A DNA stretch of 63,509 nt, filler included, from Octopus bimaculoides (lineage: Eukaryota): the NCBI RefSeq assembly GCF_001194135.2. It is 8 parts of 6 records of this genome, joined end to end, with 100 filler letters (N's around TTAATTAATTAA, not from the genome) between each part and the next. Parts side by side here need not be neighbours in the genome. Positions count along the whole stretch, not along the records: positions 33,182 to 43,427 come from NC_068985.1; positions 43,528 to 56,742 come from NC_068993.1; 6 more parts are not named here. The stretch is one strand, 5' to 3'. This document shows, one piece after another, positions 37,471-52,770 of this stretch; position 1 is the stretch's first letter, and each line of letters begins with the position of its first letter. The translations under genes were made by a program, and so were the position numbers. Below the pieces are notes generated by a model that was not told the origin of the DNA, searched no databases, and saw only the letters and a program-made list of their open reading frames with translations.

Positions 37471-37941
37471 ATCTATGNNNNNNNNNNNNNNNNNNNNNNN
37501 NNNNNNNNNNNNNNNNNNNNNNNNNNNNNNNNNNNNNNNNNNNNNNNNNNNNNNNNNNNNNNNNNNNNNNNNNNNNNNNNNNNNNNNNNNNNNNNNNNNN
37601 NNNNNNNNNNNNNNNNNNNNNNNNNNNNNNNNNNNNNNNNNNNNNNNNNNNNNNNNNNNNNNNNNNNNNNNNNNNNNNNNNNNNNNNNNNNNNNNNNNNN
37701 NNNNNNNNNNNNNNNNNNNNNNNNNNNNNNNNNNNNNNNNNNNNNNNNNNNNNNNNNNNNNNNNNNNATGAGCTTGGCTAGGCTTTAAAAGGGTGCATTT
37801 ATTATATTAATTAAACCTTAGTCTCGCTTTCTTCCCTTGCTTGCCTCCTTTGCACCTTTTCTCTCTTTCTTTATTACTCTGCCCTTTCGTTCTCTCTGTC
37901 TCTCTGTAATTCCACCTCTCTTTCCACCTCCGCCTTTTTGT

Positions 37942-37979
<38 letters not shown>

Positions 37980-38249
37980 ATTCCCCCTTTTCCCTCTCTC
38001 AACCCTTCCCCTTCAAAATCACATTACAGGTTCCCGGATGAGCGTTGTCGTTCTTTTTCACCCTCTCTTTGACCAGACTGCTCTAGTTCTTGCTATATTC
38101 ATTGTTTCCTCTAGGACTTACGCTGTTTTCTCTTTGTGCAACCCCAATCATTTCGTTCGACAGCTGTACAGCTCTTTCTGTCGTATTTGTGGTATATATA
38201 TATATAATTATTACTATTGTTTCTTATATGCCAGTGAGAATCAGATGCT

Positions 38250-38495
38250 ATGAAGAGGATAGGACATCCATTAGCCACGACACAAATGGCTATGGAAAGA
38301 GCTATAGTGAGAGAGACATTACGAAAGATTACTTGGAATAAGATAATTCAAGAATGGCGCGGAGTGAACAAGTTGATCGTGCAGTACCGAAAGCACAAGA
38401 TCCGTATGGTAAGTCATGTCGCAAGATTCAGAGACAACAGATGGAGCCATGTAATTGTCCATTGGCATCCAAGTGAGAGGAAAACTACCACTTGA
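38250..38495 (+). mobile_element. RTE LINE C-terminal remnant
   Basis: It reads TQMAMERAIV...SHVARFRDNRWSHVIVHWHPSERK. Confidence 0.75.
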
Positions 38496-40618
38496 AATGC
38501 AATGAAGACAAACTTGTAAGCGCATTGTGACTAGCAATGTATGACAGCATCTGATGTGTGTTCGATGATGCAATATTGCAACACACACGTACACGTAGTC
38601 ATAGACGCACACGCAGTAACACATACACACATACACACACATGCACACAGATGCACACATATACATAAATACGAATATACGCGAGCGCGCGCATAAGATA
38701 ATGCCACAAACATGAGACATTTCAATGTCATCCATAGACATTTATATATAAGTTATTTATTTATTCATCTCTCTTCTTCCCTCCAAGTTCATGCAATGTA
38801 CCCAACACGCAAGGCTAATGAACATGACTTTGTTCATTCCTACAAAGTGCATCCGTTCGACTGAGAGACCTTTACCATTAATGCCGAGCTGGGCTTTACT
38901 AAATGTGTACGCTGCTCGAAACAGCGATTCCTTAGTCTTGACGAAAATAGTGCATCACTGAAAATAATGGAACCGAAATTGATAATCAAATTTTATTTCT
39001 CTTCACACATATAAAACCAGTCTAAAGTTACCTTATTAGTTTTATTATTAGTTTATTATAAAATTAGCGTCTAATTAGTTAAACCATCTGTATGAACAGT
39101 CCTGTTACAATTATTTTGAATTCATTTTGGTAGAGCTTTCACAATTTAGCATTTATCTGAATCATATTCTTTATATTTCATATATTTGCAGACTTTGTCC
39201 TCATTGTGAAACTCAACTTGTTCCATATCAGTGATAAATTCGTTTAAAATACCACCTAGTTGTAAATTAAACTTTGTGAAACAGATTGTCTCCGATCAAA
39301 TATAAATTCTCTGGTTTTAATTTTGTAATACTTGGTTTACCGGAACTCGTAAGGAGATGTACATTTTCCGCCGGACAACAATTCTGTTTAACATTTCCGA
39401 AAATCAATCAACGAGACCATGTAAATGTTCACGTCCTCACATCATAACATAATTTACCATGAATGGAATCAACGTATTTTCTCTAATTTCCTAAGTGAAG
39501 TATTTATTCACTCATAAATGTGAAATTCTTTGTCAGACAGCATGTGCAGTATGCACAAATAGGATACGCTGAGGTGAAAACAGCAACGACAACAGCAACA
39601 TCATAAATACCTACTGTTCCAATTAGAATTTCAAAATTTATTAGATACAAATCTATCTCCTGATAGAAATGGCACCAAATACTATATATACCGCCAAATA
39701 TATTATTTCATGTTAATCCATATTTTGTTTCTCAATTCATAGCGACTTATACTTTTTATTCAATTGGGTGTTAATATTTCGTAATACATACATACATACA
39801 TAAATACATACATATATATATATATATGTATGTATATATATATGTGTATATATATATATATATATATNNNNNNNNNNNNNNNNNNNTCCTGATAGAAATG
39901 GCACCAAATACTATATATACCGCCAAATATATTATTTCATGTTAATCCATATTTTGTTTCTCAATTCATAGCGACTTATACTTTTTATTCAATTGGGTGT
40001 TAATATTTCGTAATACATACATACATACATAAATACATACATATATATATATATATGTATATAATTATTTGTCTCTCTATCTATCTGTTCCCAATGCATT
40101 TTTTTTCTCAAACCGTTCAACTAAATAAAATCAAATTTTAGAAGGTAATAGTATCATACCCCACGAGTGTCAAAACGTAATTTCCTTTTTATTTTCATTA
40201 AAACAATATACACTTTTATATAGATAATCTTTCTATAGTTAAATATAGTACAGCGTGTTTAATAACGTCACATTTTTTATGAGTGTGTATGTGTCTGTCA
40301 GTGCATGTTTCTGTCCGTGGGTGTTTGCGTGTTCGATGCCGTCACACATTTTTTTATATGAATGTCTATGTGTATATGAGTTTATGAGTGTCTATGCGTG
40401 TGTGAGTGTATGAGTGTCTATGTGTCAGAATGTATGTGTGTTTCCGCTTTCGGTACGTTATTCAAGATACCGATACGCACATACACACACACATCTATAC
40501 ATACATGTACATATGTTATGACTGACATACCTGAATGTATGTCTGCTGTGTATCTCTCTCTTACTATATGCATGTGACTGTATCTGAGAGTGTGTGTGTA
40601 TATATGCATATATGTACG

Positions 40619-40653
<35 letters not shown>

Positions 40654-43527
40654 NNNNNNNNNNNNNNNNNNNNNNNNNNNNNNNNNNNNNNNNNNNNNNN
40701 NNNNNNNNNNNNNNNNNNNNNNNNNNNNNNNNNNNNNNNNNNNNNNNNNNNNNNNNNNNNNNNNNNNNNNNNNNNNNNNNNNNNNNNNNNNNNNNNNNNN
40801 NNNNNNNNNNNNNNNNNNNNNNNNNNNNNNNNNNNNNNNNNNNNNNNNNNNNNNNNNNNNNNNNNNNNNNNNNNNNNNNNNNNNNNNNNNNNNNNNNNNN
40901 NNNNNNNNNNNNNNNNNNNNNNNNNNNNNNNNNNNNNNNNNNNNNNNNNNNNNNNNNNNNNNNNNNNNNNNNNNNNNNNNNNNNNNNNNNNNNNNNNNNN
41001 NNNNNNNNNNNNNNNNNNNNNNNNNNNNNNNNNNNNNNNNNNNNNNNNNNNNNNNNNNNNNNNNNNNNNNNNNNNNNNNNNNNNNNNNNNNNNNNNNNNN
41101 NNNNNNNNNNNNNNNNNNNNNNNNNNNNNNNNNTTACCAGTTTTTTTTAAGATTTAATAGTTCACCTCTCTCCAGTAGTGTATTTCACCAGTTTGAGTCG
41201 CTGGAAACATTCGGCCAAGAAGTGGTAGAAAGAAACCACGAGAAACAAAACTAATAATCTGGGCGTGAAAGTAATCAAGCATGTTAAATTGAAAATTTAC
41301 AAGAACAATTTATACTGTTAAAATATTTATTTGTTGGAAACATAATTGTATAATTGAACAGAAAAAAATAAATGAAAACCTGAAAACAGAAAGATAAGGA
41401 CAATAAAAACAGCAAGTATCTAAAAATGGAAACAAAAACTTAGACTAAACAATGTAAATGGAGAATGATGTGAAAATTGGAATTAAAATATATACTTGAG
41501 TTAAATTGTTCCTTAGTATTAGTGCTTGCAAATTGTCACGAAATGAATCTGTTATTTTCTAAATAATATGAAATAAATGAAATTGCGTATTTCGTTGTTT
41601 ATAATGACTCATTTTAAAATGATTAACAATTGATTGCATGTACGCAATTTCAGAATTTATAATTGGTAATTTAACAAAAATTCATAGAAGAATATACTTC
41701 GTTATTCGAAGGAAATACAATTAAGTAATTTGCAGCAATTCAATATTTCATTATCATATTGCATGTTGTAGGAAATAATGATTTCTAAACGAGAAATGCC
41801 ATCTTATATTTTGCATGCAATTGTAGATCTGATTATAACAACGCCGGTGTTATCTGATATGTATTGTACCGGGCCCCAGAAAAAAAAAAAATTAAAGTTA
41901 ATATTATTCGTCCCATCGTCATGCGAAGACGTGCATGGCGTTGGTAAATATCACACGGAACATTGTCACCGTTATTTAATTTCTTCGAAAGGAGTTCTTT
42001 ATGCGTCATCGTTTCATTATCAACTGTCTTCAACTGTGTAATATAAGACTAATTAACTCATTTGATTGCTGGCGGTACAGAGCATTTATTTCCATCGGTC
42101 GTTGAGGTCATTTGAACTGAAAAATAACGATCTAGATCAAGGGTATCCTTATTGAGTGAGGCTATATGATCTTTCCGTGTGAATAAAACTTCTTCGTAAA
42201 GCCTGTTATAAGTACAACAGTATTTCTATTATTCTGCCCCATCTTGTCATCAGAGAAAAACGATAAATCATATTTCTCAGTTATCTCTCATTTAGCCTAT
42301 AACGAAATACATTTCTTTCCATGCGCAATGATCCACATGAGATCTAGTAATTGGCACGATGCCGTCGGCAAACGTGAACGCATTGGCTCGGGGTATATAT
42401 ATATATAGCAAGGATATAATTATATTCAATCAAATATCAGAAAGACAACTTCATGTAGATTGAGGAATATGAGTTGGCAGGAAGAAAATAGATTTAAAAA
42501 GAAGACCTCATAGCACGATGATGTTGAAAGATAAGCCTTGAAGGAATATGTTGTAAACGATTTCATTTCCTTAGAATAACGAAATTCTTCTAGGAACTTT
42601 TGCTAAATTCCCGATAACAATGTGAAAAAACGTGAATTAGGAAAGCTAACATCTTTGCTATTATTTAAGTTCGTTATTTAACGTACTTAATTTCGGTTCA
42701 GTAAAACTTTGCGTATTTTTTGCAAGAGGAAAGTATATTTTCTCCGCAAAAGATACTGTATGCCACATAAAGTTGAAACTTACACGGCGGAAAAATTTAG
42801 ATTAGCTAAAATGAAACTTAAGAAGTAATTTTTACTGCATTAGCTCAAGTAGTACAAACATAATCCCAACCTTAAAATTAGGAGAACATTATGATCATGG
42901 AACTTACAAACAATGTTAAATACTTTGGTTGTTCGTTGAAAAAAAATATAGAAAGGTGTATACTTTATACCACCAGTACTATTTTGAGAAACTTTCACGT
43001 GAACCCGGGCCTTTGAAATTACTCTAAGCTATTTAATATATAATGAAGGAAACGAACAGCTAATGAGCACTAAATAAATATGAATGTAATACCCCACGAT
43101 GTTTCCTATGTTTAAGAATGTTCACGAGGTTGGACAATCAATCTGTCATTTCTATGGAGCTCAGAATTTTCGTATAAGTAAAATATAATAGATATTTTCG
43201 TAAATTATACGTCTGCTGTCAAGTGAGTCTGTAGATGCATTTAATAGCATGGAAAGCTCAGACGTAATATGTATAAGTATTCATGGTTTTCAATATTTAA
43301 TTTTAAAATTCGCAGAGGAGAAACGGAAATATTTAGCAAAGTGCTTAGCACCATTTGATACAAATTTACGCTTCAAACATAGATTAATAAGGAGGAATAT
43401 GTTCGTGAATATATGTCTGGGAACCTGNNNNNNNNNNNNNNNNNNNNNNNNNNNNNNNNNNNNNNNNNNNNTTAATTAATTAANNNNNNNNNNNNNNNNN
43501 NNNNNNNNNNNNNNNNNNNNNNNNNNN

Positions 43528-43563
<36 letters not shown>

Positions 43564-45028
43564 CCTAGGGCTGTGGTAAGAAGTTTGCTTCTCAACCACA
43601 TGGTTCCAGGTTCAGTCCAACTGCATAGCATCTTAGGCAAACGCCTACTGTTATAGCTCCAGACTAATCAAAGCTTTGTGAGTGGATTTGGTAGATGAAA
43701 ATTGAAAGAAGCCCATTATATCTTTCTATCTATCTATCTATCTATATATCTAGCTGTCTGTCTGTCTGTCTGCATGCATGTGTGTGTGTCTTTGTGACTA
43801 TGTTTGTCAACCCCACCTCACTCCACTCACCGCTTGACAATCTGTGTTGGTTTGTTTATATCCACATGGAATAAGTACTTAGGTCAATTTGTTTGATTAA
43901 CCCCTTCAAGGTAGTGCCTCAGCATGGCCACAATCCAATGATTTAAACATGTAAAATATACGTATTATATTATTGATAACATCTAAAAGAAGATGCTTCT
44001 GTTCCATTTAACTTGGTGAATGTATCTTTGGCCAGGCAGAATCCATAGCACCAGATAGTATCCAACACTCATCTGTTGTTTTAACCCTAAACAGTAACAC
44101 ACCATCCTGTTTGTGGGTCAGCAGAGGTTGCCAAAAATCACTACTGACCATCTCCTCCTGTTTTCTGCCCCAGCGTGGCCACTGTCCAAATACTGAAACA
44201 AGTAAAACAATATCTTTTATCTTTTACTTGTTTCAGTCATTAGACTGCAGCCATCCTGGGACACCACTTTGAGGAATTTTTAGTTGAATGAATTGACCTC
44301 AGTATTTTTTTTTTTAAAGCCTGGTACTTATTCTAGCGATTTTTTTTTTTGCCGAACTGCTAAGTTACAGGGATATAAACATATCAATGTCAAGCAGTGG
44401 TAGGGGACAAGCACAAGCACAAACACACACACACACACTCACACACATGCAGTTTCCATCTACCAAATCCACTCAGAAGGCTTTAATCGGCCTGAGACTA
44501 TAGTAGAAGACATTTGCCCAAGGTGCCATGCCGTGGAACTGAACCCAGAATCATATAGTTGGGAAGCAAGCTTCTTACCGTACATCCATGTCAGTGTCTA
44601 TTATTTAATTGGTTACAATTGTTATGATCCCTGGTTGTCTTCAGGTACAGTTATAAATACTTATTTATAGCCTAGTTAACATAAATCTTTATAGAATGTC
44701 ACCGCCAAGCATTAATTATCAGTTAATTATCACTCATATATGTTAAGTAATCTCGTATCATAATTATGCTCAGTAATAAATAAGAAACTGAAATTGAAAA
44801 ATATTTCATATCAAACATGGTTGCTATACAAAATTAATTGTATTGGCTTTATAAATGAGTTACACACCCACATGCACACACACATATACACACACACACA
44901 CATAATGTTAGGCCTAATTTACATAAATCTATTTAGCAAGTCACCACTGGCTATTAAGCTGGTCATAAATAATAAATCTATACTGTGATGATGATGATGA
45001 TGATTATGACAATGGTGATGATAACAAA

Positions 45029-45097
<69 letters not shown>

Positions 45098-46469
45098 GTG
45101 ATGGCTATTGCATTTGCTATATGAAGTTAAGTGTTATTGGCCTCTGTTGCTGTTGCTATTAGCATTAGGGATCTTAGCAGTTTCTAATAATACTATATTA
45201 GTAATTAGAAATATAATTATTATTATTATCATTATTATTAAGGTATTAAGGCGGCAAGTTGGCAGAATTCTTAGCATGGTGGATGAAATGCTTAGCGATA
45301 TTTTGCCTCTCATTACGTTTTGAGTTGGAATTCCGCCAAGGTTGACTTTGCCTTTCATTCTTTCGGGGTCAATATTTTAAGTACCAGTTGCGTACTGAGG
45401 TCAATCTAATTGACTGGCCCCCTCCCCAAAAATTTCAGGCCTTGTGCTAATATAGTAGAAAGGATTATTATTAAGGTGGCGAACTGGTAGAATCATTAGC
45501 ACGCCAGACAAAAATGCTTAGTGGTATTTCATTTGCTGCAACATTCTGAGTTCAAATTCCGCCAAGGTTGATTGACACGTAAAAGCACCCACTACACTCT
45601 CTGAGTGGTTGGCGTTAGGAAGGGCATCCAGCTGTGGAAACACTGCCAAATCAGATTGGAGCCTGGTGTAGCCATCTGGTTTCACCAGTCCCCATCGTCC
45701 AACCCATGCTAGCATGGAAAGCGGACGTTAAACGATGATGATGATGATGATGATGATGATTATTATTATTAAGGTNNNNNNNNNNNNNNNNNNNNNNNNN
45801 NNNNNNNNNNNNNNNNNNNNNNNNNNNNNNNNNNNNNNNNNNNNNNNNNNNNNNNNNNNNNNNNNNNNNNNNNNNNNNNNNNNNNNNNNNNNNNNNNNNN
45901 NNNNNNNNNNNNNNNNNNNNNNNNNNNNNNNNNNNNNNNNNNNNNNNNNNNNNNNNNNNNNNNNNNNNNNNNNNNNNNNNNNNNNNNNNNNNNNNNNNNN
46001 NNNNNNNNNNNNNNNNNNNNNNNNNNNNNNNNNNTGATTGACACGTAAAAGCACCCACTACACTCTCTGAGTGGTTGGCGTTAGGAAGGGCATCCAGCTG
46101 TAGAAACTCTGCCAAATTAGATTGGAGCCTGGTGTTGCCATCTGGTTTCACCAGTCCTCAGTCAAATCGTCCAACCCATGCTAGCATGGAAAGCGGACGT
46201 TAAACGATGATGATGATGATGATGATGATGATTATTATTATTAAGGTGGTGAGCTGACAAAATCCTTAGCACACCAGGCCAAATGCTTAGCAGTATTTTG
46301 TATGTCTGCATGTTCTGGGTTCAAGTTCTGCTGAGGTCGATTTTGCTTTTCATCCTTTTGGGGTCAATAAATTCAGTACCAGTTGAAAACTTGGGTAGAT
46401 GTAATTGACTAACACCCTCCCTCAAAATTCCTGGCCTTGTGCCAAAATTTGAAACCATTATCATTGTTA

Positions 46470-46770
46470 TTATTTACTTTTAATCTGCATGTTTGTTACA
46501 ATTACTCGCCAAGACACACCCAGCACCCTAGGGCAAGTGAAGGATAAAAGATGTTGCAGTATAACTGAAAGCTTGGGGAGAAGAAGTGGCAGGGGTAATA
46601 GTGAAATATCTCCATGTAATACAACACAGACATTTAAATCGATAGGACTTTTCTAAGGATGTAGGCAGTATTTGTTAGCACAATCTTTTGGATTTCTCTG
46701 AGATATGGGTCTCCTGGGATGTTGTCCAGATGTTTCTGACATGCCTTTTTTTTATCATACCTAGGGCACC
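46470..46770 (-). mobile_element. RLE-clade non-LTR 3' end (ORF terminus plus 3' UTR)
   Basis: It reads GALGMIKK...KHLDNIPGDPYLREIQKIVLTNTAYILRKVLSI-stop, followed by a UTR. Confidence 0.8.
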
Positions 46771-47477
46771 ACAATAACTATCACTATTAAAATAAATGTT
46801 ATAGGCATTTATAATAAATATTATCAGTCACCATAATAATCTTTCTACTACACAGACTAGGTTTGAAATATTGGAGCTGGGGGCTAGTCGATTACATTAA
46901 CCCCAGTGTTTTCTACTAGTATTTTGTTTTTATTCACCCTGAAAGGATGAAAGGTGTAGTCAGCTCTGGCAGCATTTGAGCTTAGAATGTAAAGCCTGAA
47001 AAAATGCCATGAAGCATTTTTTCCAAAGTGCTACCAATTCTGCTAAGTTTGCCACTCAATAACAACAACAATAGAAATAATTAGAATAATAATGGTTTCA
47101 AATTTAGGCACAAAGCCAGAAGTTTTTGGAGAGTGGGGTAAATCAATTACATTGGGCACAATGCTTGACTTTTACTTATTTTATTGACCCTAAAAGCATG
47201 AGAACCAGAAGAAATCATGTCCAGCGTGTAGATTATTCTACCTTTTGATAACCAGACCAGTGTTGGTTTGTTTACATCCAAATAACTTAGGAGTTTCATG
47301 AAAATGACTGGTAGAATAAGTACAAGACTTAAAAATAAGTACTAGGAGCAATTTGTTCAACTAAACCCTTCAAGGCTCTGCCCCAACATGGCTGCAGTCC
47401 AGTGACTAAAACAAGTAAAAAAGGGAAATATAAAAATATATTATTTATATATGTTTTATATTATTCTCCTCCTCCGG

Positions 47478-47657
47478 CACGTAAAACCACCCACTACACT
47501 CTCGGAGTGGTTGGCATTAGGAAGGGCATCCAGCTGTAGAAACTCTGCCAAATCAGATTGGAGCCTGGTGTAGCCATTTGGTTTCACCAGTCCTCAGTCA
47601 AATCGTCCAACCCATGCTAGTATGGAAAGTGGACGTTAAACGATGATGATGATGATG
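47478..47657 (+). mobile_element. 5'-truncated RTE 3' end with (GAT)n tail
   Basis: The same sequence occurs at 45572-45750, 46035-46230 and 51870-52160. Confidence 0.8.
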
Positions 47658-47665
47658 TGTGTATT

Positions 47666-47736
<71 letters not shown>

Positions 47737-48867
47737 TGTATACATTTGCATGGTGTGAGTCTAAGGAAATAGTGTAGCGTTCTCTAATTAAAGGAATTTG
47801 TAATATATATGAATTGAAATGGCTTCATGCTGGAATGGAAATCCTGTCAATATATTTACCAACTGTGAATGTACCAGATTCTACATTTTATGTATTAAAC
47901 CATAACTATCTTGATTATCATTACTGTTTTAATTTTAATATCTGTTTCTATCAGAATTTCAGTATAGAATATACCACATCTCCAATACTTTTGTCATTTT
48001 GTTAAACGCCCAACATTCTGATATCTAACCTCCCCACATATTTCCTATGTCTATTTTTGTCTAAGAATAATGATAATCTCATTTGACTTAGTGCAAGACT
48101 TGTGTTATTGTAAGTGAAATTATTCTACCTTATTCTAAATTTATTTGTTCTAGTCTTTCACTGGTCATTTATTTTCTACTTTTGCCCTTTAGTGATGAAA
48201 TATGAAACTAATCCTTGCTGGATTTGAACTCTAGACAATGGGATAATTGGGTACTAAATGTGGGAATGTGGTTAAGAAGCTTGCTTCCCAGTCATGTTGT
48301 CTCTTGGACAAAGAACAAGGGATTTCTGCTCTAGCACTTGGCTGACCAAAACCTTGTGAGTGAATTTGGAAAACACAAAATCTGACCAAAAGAAACCCTG
48401 CTCTGTGTGTGTGAGAGAGAGAGAGAGAGAGTTCCTTTGTCATGACATCATGTAATGGTTATAAACAAGTTTCATTGTCATACAAACAATGTTGTTTGTC
48501 TTCAGTTTTCTGTGAAAAAAATCTCCAGCCATAAGCAGGGCTGTGGAGTCAAAACAAAAATCTTCAACTCCAACTCCTAACTATGTAATAGTTGAAAACA
48601 AGTGTCACTGTCATGTGAGTGGTTCTTTTCGTTTTCAATCTTCCATGAAAACATGTCTGGTCGTGGGGATATATTACCTTGCTTGGAAACAGGTGAAGAT
48701 TAGCAACAGGAAGAGCATCCGGCTGTTAAAAGTTCACAACAGATTCCGTTCGGCACATGCCAGCATAGAAAAGTGGATGTTGAACAATGATGATGACATA
48801 TATTACACGATAGCATGACTCTTACACTTCCCTGTATGTGAATGTGTGTGTGTGTGTGTGTATGTAT

Positions 48868-48912
<45 letters not shown>

Positions 48913-49712
48913 CAAATCTGTGCAGTTGATTTATCTACATCTTTCAGTTGATGTTTCCTTTCATGGCTTGTTTCACAATTCATTTGTTTCCCTTGTAATA
49001 TTTGTCCAAGATGGTTCTGGAATATAATGTTTCATTGATTAAGAACTTATATGGTCTATCACTTTGGATTGTCATTTTCTTTAACTTATTTATTTCCTTA
49101 TTCGTTTTATCCTTTAAACTTTTTTTTTCTTTCTTTCTTTAAACCTTTAATTGTTTTATCTTTGATTAGAAGAAGCTTCTCTTCTCTGATGGATTTTCTT
49201 GTTCAAATAAAAAAAAAAAAGAAAATCTTTGTTTATCTTTTCAAAACATTTCATTTTGTTTGATGACGAATACTTTTCCTCCCCTTCTCCCCCTAACCCT
49301 CTCTCCCTCTTAATCTCTCCTTCTTTCTCTCCCTCCCTACCCATTCTCGCTTTCTTTTTTTTTTTTGTTTTTCCTCCATCTTTGCTTTGCTCAGCTCAAA
49401 GGAGTTTTCGGTTTCCACTTGCCAGATATGTTTTATTTTTATTTTATTTTTTTTTCCTCCCCTCGATATTCTTCATAATTTGTGTAAAATATTTGCTGTT
49501 TTTGTTGTTTTTTTTGGTTTAGAAAGTGTTGTTTCCTTTTTATGTGATAATATTTGTGCCCTTTTTATTTATTTTTTTAACTTGGATATCATATATCATC
49601 AGTATATCTTCTCCATTCAGTTTTGTCTTTCTTTTGTATTTCTCATTTGAAGCTAGTACTACTGTTTTCTTAATGTTTGTGTGTATATATATATGTATAT
49701 ATGTGTGTATGC

Positions 49713-49750
<38 letters not shown>

Positions 49751-50702
49751 NNNNNNNNNNNNNNNNNNNNNNNNNNNNNNNNNNNNNNNNNNNNNNNNNN
49801 NNNNNNNNNNNNNNNNNNNNNNNNNNNNNNNNNNNNNNNNNNNNNNNNNNNNNNNNNNNNNNNNNNNNNNNNNNNNNNNNNNNNNNNNNNNNNNNNNNNN
49901 NNNNNNNNNNNNNNNNNNNNNNNNNNNNNNNNNNNNTATATATATTTTTATACACTCACATACACACACACACATACACACTTTGTGTTCATGGATTTCA
50001 ATTCTTCAGTTCTCACATAAGCTGTGTGTGTAAACGATATGGTTCACATTAATTATATTTATTTAATATATTTTTCCCTTGTGTGCGTATTGTTAGATGT
50101 TTTGAGTGTGCTTTTAAGATTTTTCATCTTCTTTCTGTTCTTTTCCTTAAATTTTGGATAAGGTACAAATATCTGATGGTGATCTATTATGGATTTTTTT
50201 AGAATTTTTATTTCATTAGGTTATATTTTAACATATTTTATCATATTTTATCATATTTTATCATATTTTATTATACTTTTGAGTCATTTATTTCTGTAAT
50301 CTCTTTTAATCATTAATATTACCATCGTTTATGGTGGTGAGCTGGCAGAAGCATTGCTGCATCAGGCAAAATGCTTAACGGCATTTCATTTGTCTTTAGG
50401 TTCTGAGTTCAAATTCCACCGAAGCCAACTTTGCTTATTAAGGTTGTGAGCTGGCAAAATTGTTAGCATGTCGAGCTAAATGCTTAATGGCTTTATGTTC
50501 TGAATTCAAATTCTACCAAGGTCAACTTTGCCTTTCCATCCTTTCAAGATCGATAAAATAAGTACCAGTTGAGCACCGGTGGGGTGGGGGTCGATGTAAT
50601 CAACTTAGACCCTTCCCCAAATCTGCTGAGATCAACAATTATCACACAAGCCTAGGGTCTAAAATATTCCACATATAACCATCCCATCTGTTATTCAGAT
50701 AG

Positions 50703-50733
<31 letters not shown>

Positions 50734-51565
50734 TTAATGTTTGCTTTCCATTCTGCCAATGGTTTGATGGTTTAGCAAAAATTGGCAATCCAGAAGACTG
50801 CACCAAGCTCTTCACTCTGCTTTGGCATTTTTTCAACGAAATTACTTTATCCAATATACCTTTTTAACTTTTACTTGTTTCAGTCATTAGACTGTGACCA
50901 TGCTGGGGCACTGCTTTGAAGAATTTTTTGTTGAATAAATTGACCCCGGTAATTGTTTTTTTTTTGTTATATATATCGTCTACTAAATCCACTCACAAGG
51001 CTTTGGTTGATCCAAGGCTATAATAGAAAACACTTGCCCAAGGTGCCAAGCAGTGGAACTGAACGTGGAACCATGTATTTGGGAAGCAAATTTCTTACCA
51101 TCTAACCAAACCTGTACAGTTCTTTTTTAAAGCATCAGAGTGTGATTCGATGAAAATCTGGCTGCTGTTTCTAGCAGAGTGAGCAATTACGTAAAAACTC
51201 CCTGGTTGGCTTGTTTGCTGAGTGATTCAGGTAGTCAAGTATTAACCCAGCAATCACACTCTGGTGGTGTTACAGTATTTTAATAGAGGAAGCTGTATAT
51301 TACTTTTGAAACAGGCTGCAGAATCATCTAAGCATTGAACTGAATGCCTTGTAGTTTAAAAAATTTTTTTTTTAAGCTTTTTACATTCTGAGTTTAAATC
51401 CAACTGAGGTTAGCCTTGCTTTCACCCACACCAAGGTCAACAAAAATAGAATACCAGTCATGTACTGTGGGGTGGTATTCACTAAACCCCTTCCCTTAAA
51501 ACTGTTGGCCTTGTGCCTAAATCAGAAACCCCAAAATTTCAAGCCTTGTGCCTGTAATAGAAAGA

Positions 51566-51603
<38 letters not shown>

Positions 51604-51816
51604 GGCAGCAAACTGGCAGAATCTTTACCACATCGGGTGAAGTGCTTAACAGTATTTCATCCATCTTTATGTTCTGAGTTCAAATTTTGTCAGGGTTGAC
51701 TTTGCTTTTCATCCTTTTGGGGTCGATGAAATAAGAACAGATCAAGCACTGGGGTCAATGTAATCAACTCACCCCCTCCTCCCCAAATTTCAGGCCTTGT
51801 GCCTATAGTAGAAAGG

Positions 51817-51870
<54 letters not shown>

Positions 51871-52449
51871 ATTATCATTGCCAGTGCCACTGGATTGGCT
51901 CCTGTGCAGGTGGCATGTAAAATACACCATTTTGAGTGTGGCCGTTGCCAGTACTGCCTGACTGGCCTTCGTGCCAGTGGCACGTAAAAGCACCCACTAC
52001 ACTCTTAGAGTGGTTGGCGTTAGGAAGGGCATCCAACTGTAGAAACTCTGCCAAATCAGATTGGAGCCTGGTGTTGCCATCCGGTTTCACCAGTCCTCAG
52101 TCAAATCATCCAACCCATGCTAGCATGGAAAGCAGACGTTAAACGATAATGATGATGATGATTGTTATTGTTATTATTATTATTATTATTTTGTTACATG
52201 GTATTTATGTTGTTACTGGTTTAATTACTCTTCTTATCAGACCACAACCCTTGTTCCATGATTAGAAACATTTTTTGTTCTCCCTCAAACCATGACCTTC
52301 TGCCTATGTTAGAAATGATTATTATTGAAGTGGAGGAATGGTAGGAGTAATAGAATGCTAAACCTACATCCCTTTACGTTATGAGTTCAAGTTCTGCTGT
52401 GGACACTTTATCTTTTAATCCTCCAAAATTCATAAATAGGTAAAGGGTA

Positions 52450-52770
52450 AATGACCATGGGATTGCACCTAGAAATTTTACCCTCTGAGGCACAAGTCTG
52501 GGCAAGGTTGTTTATGAAGATCAGTAGTTGCCCATGTATACCAGCCTCCCCTCTTCACACCAGTGATGTTATCCAAGGGAAAGGCAAAGGCAATTACAGC
52601 TTGGCCCCAGTGATGTCGCAACTCATTTCTACAGCTGAGTGAACTTGAGCAACATGAAATAAAGTGTCTTGCTCAAGAACACAACACACAGCCCAGTCTG
52701 GGAATCGAACTCACTACCTCATGATTGTGAGCCTGACGTTCTAACCACTGAGCCATGTGCCTTCATCATA
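52450..52770 (-). mobile_element. Family D tRNA-derived SINE
   Basis: It is the reverse complement of 1008-1360 with a single CTTGAGCAAGACAC unit. Confidence 0.75.

Noticed and set aside
39660-40040. Apparent tandem duplications flanking short N runs (also near 15915-16000, 28080-28160, 28835-28880, 29740-29845, 30146-30245 and 32420-32530)
   Set aside because: Near-identical sequence sits on both sides of 10-20 N gaps, which indicates unmerged contig overlaps from assembly.
48066-48109. Candidate 44-nt exon (IMIISFDLVQDLCY) ending in GTAAGT
   Set aside because: It is isolated in AT-rich sequence where such sites arise by chance, with no recognisable motif or partner exon.
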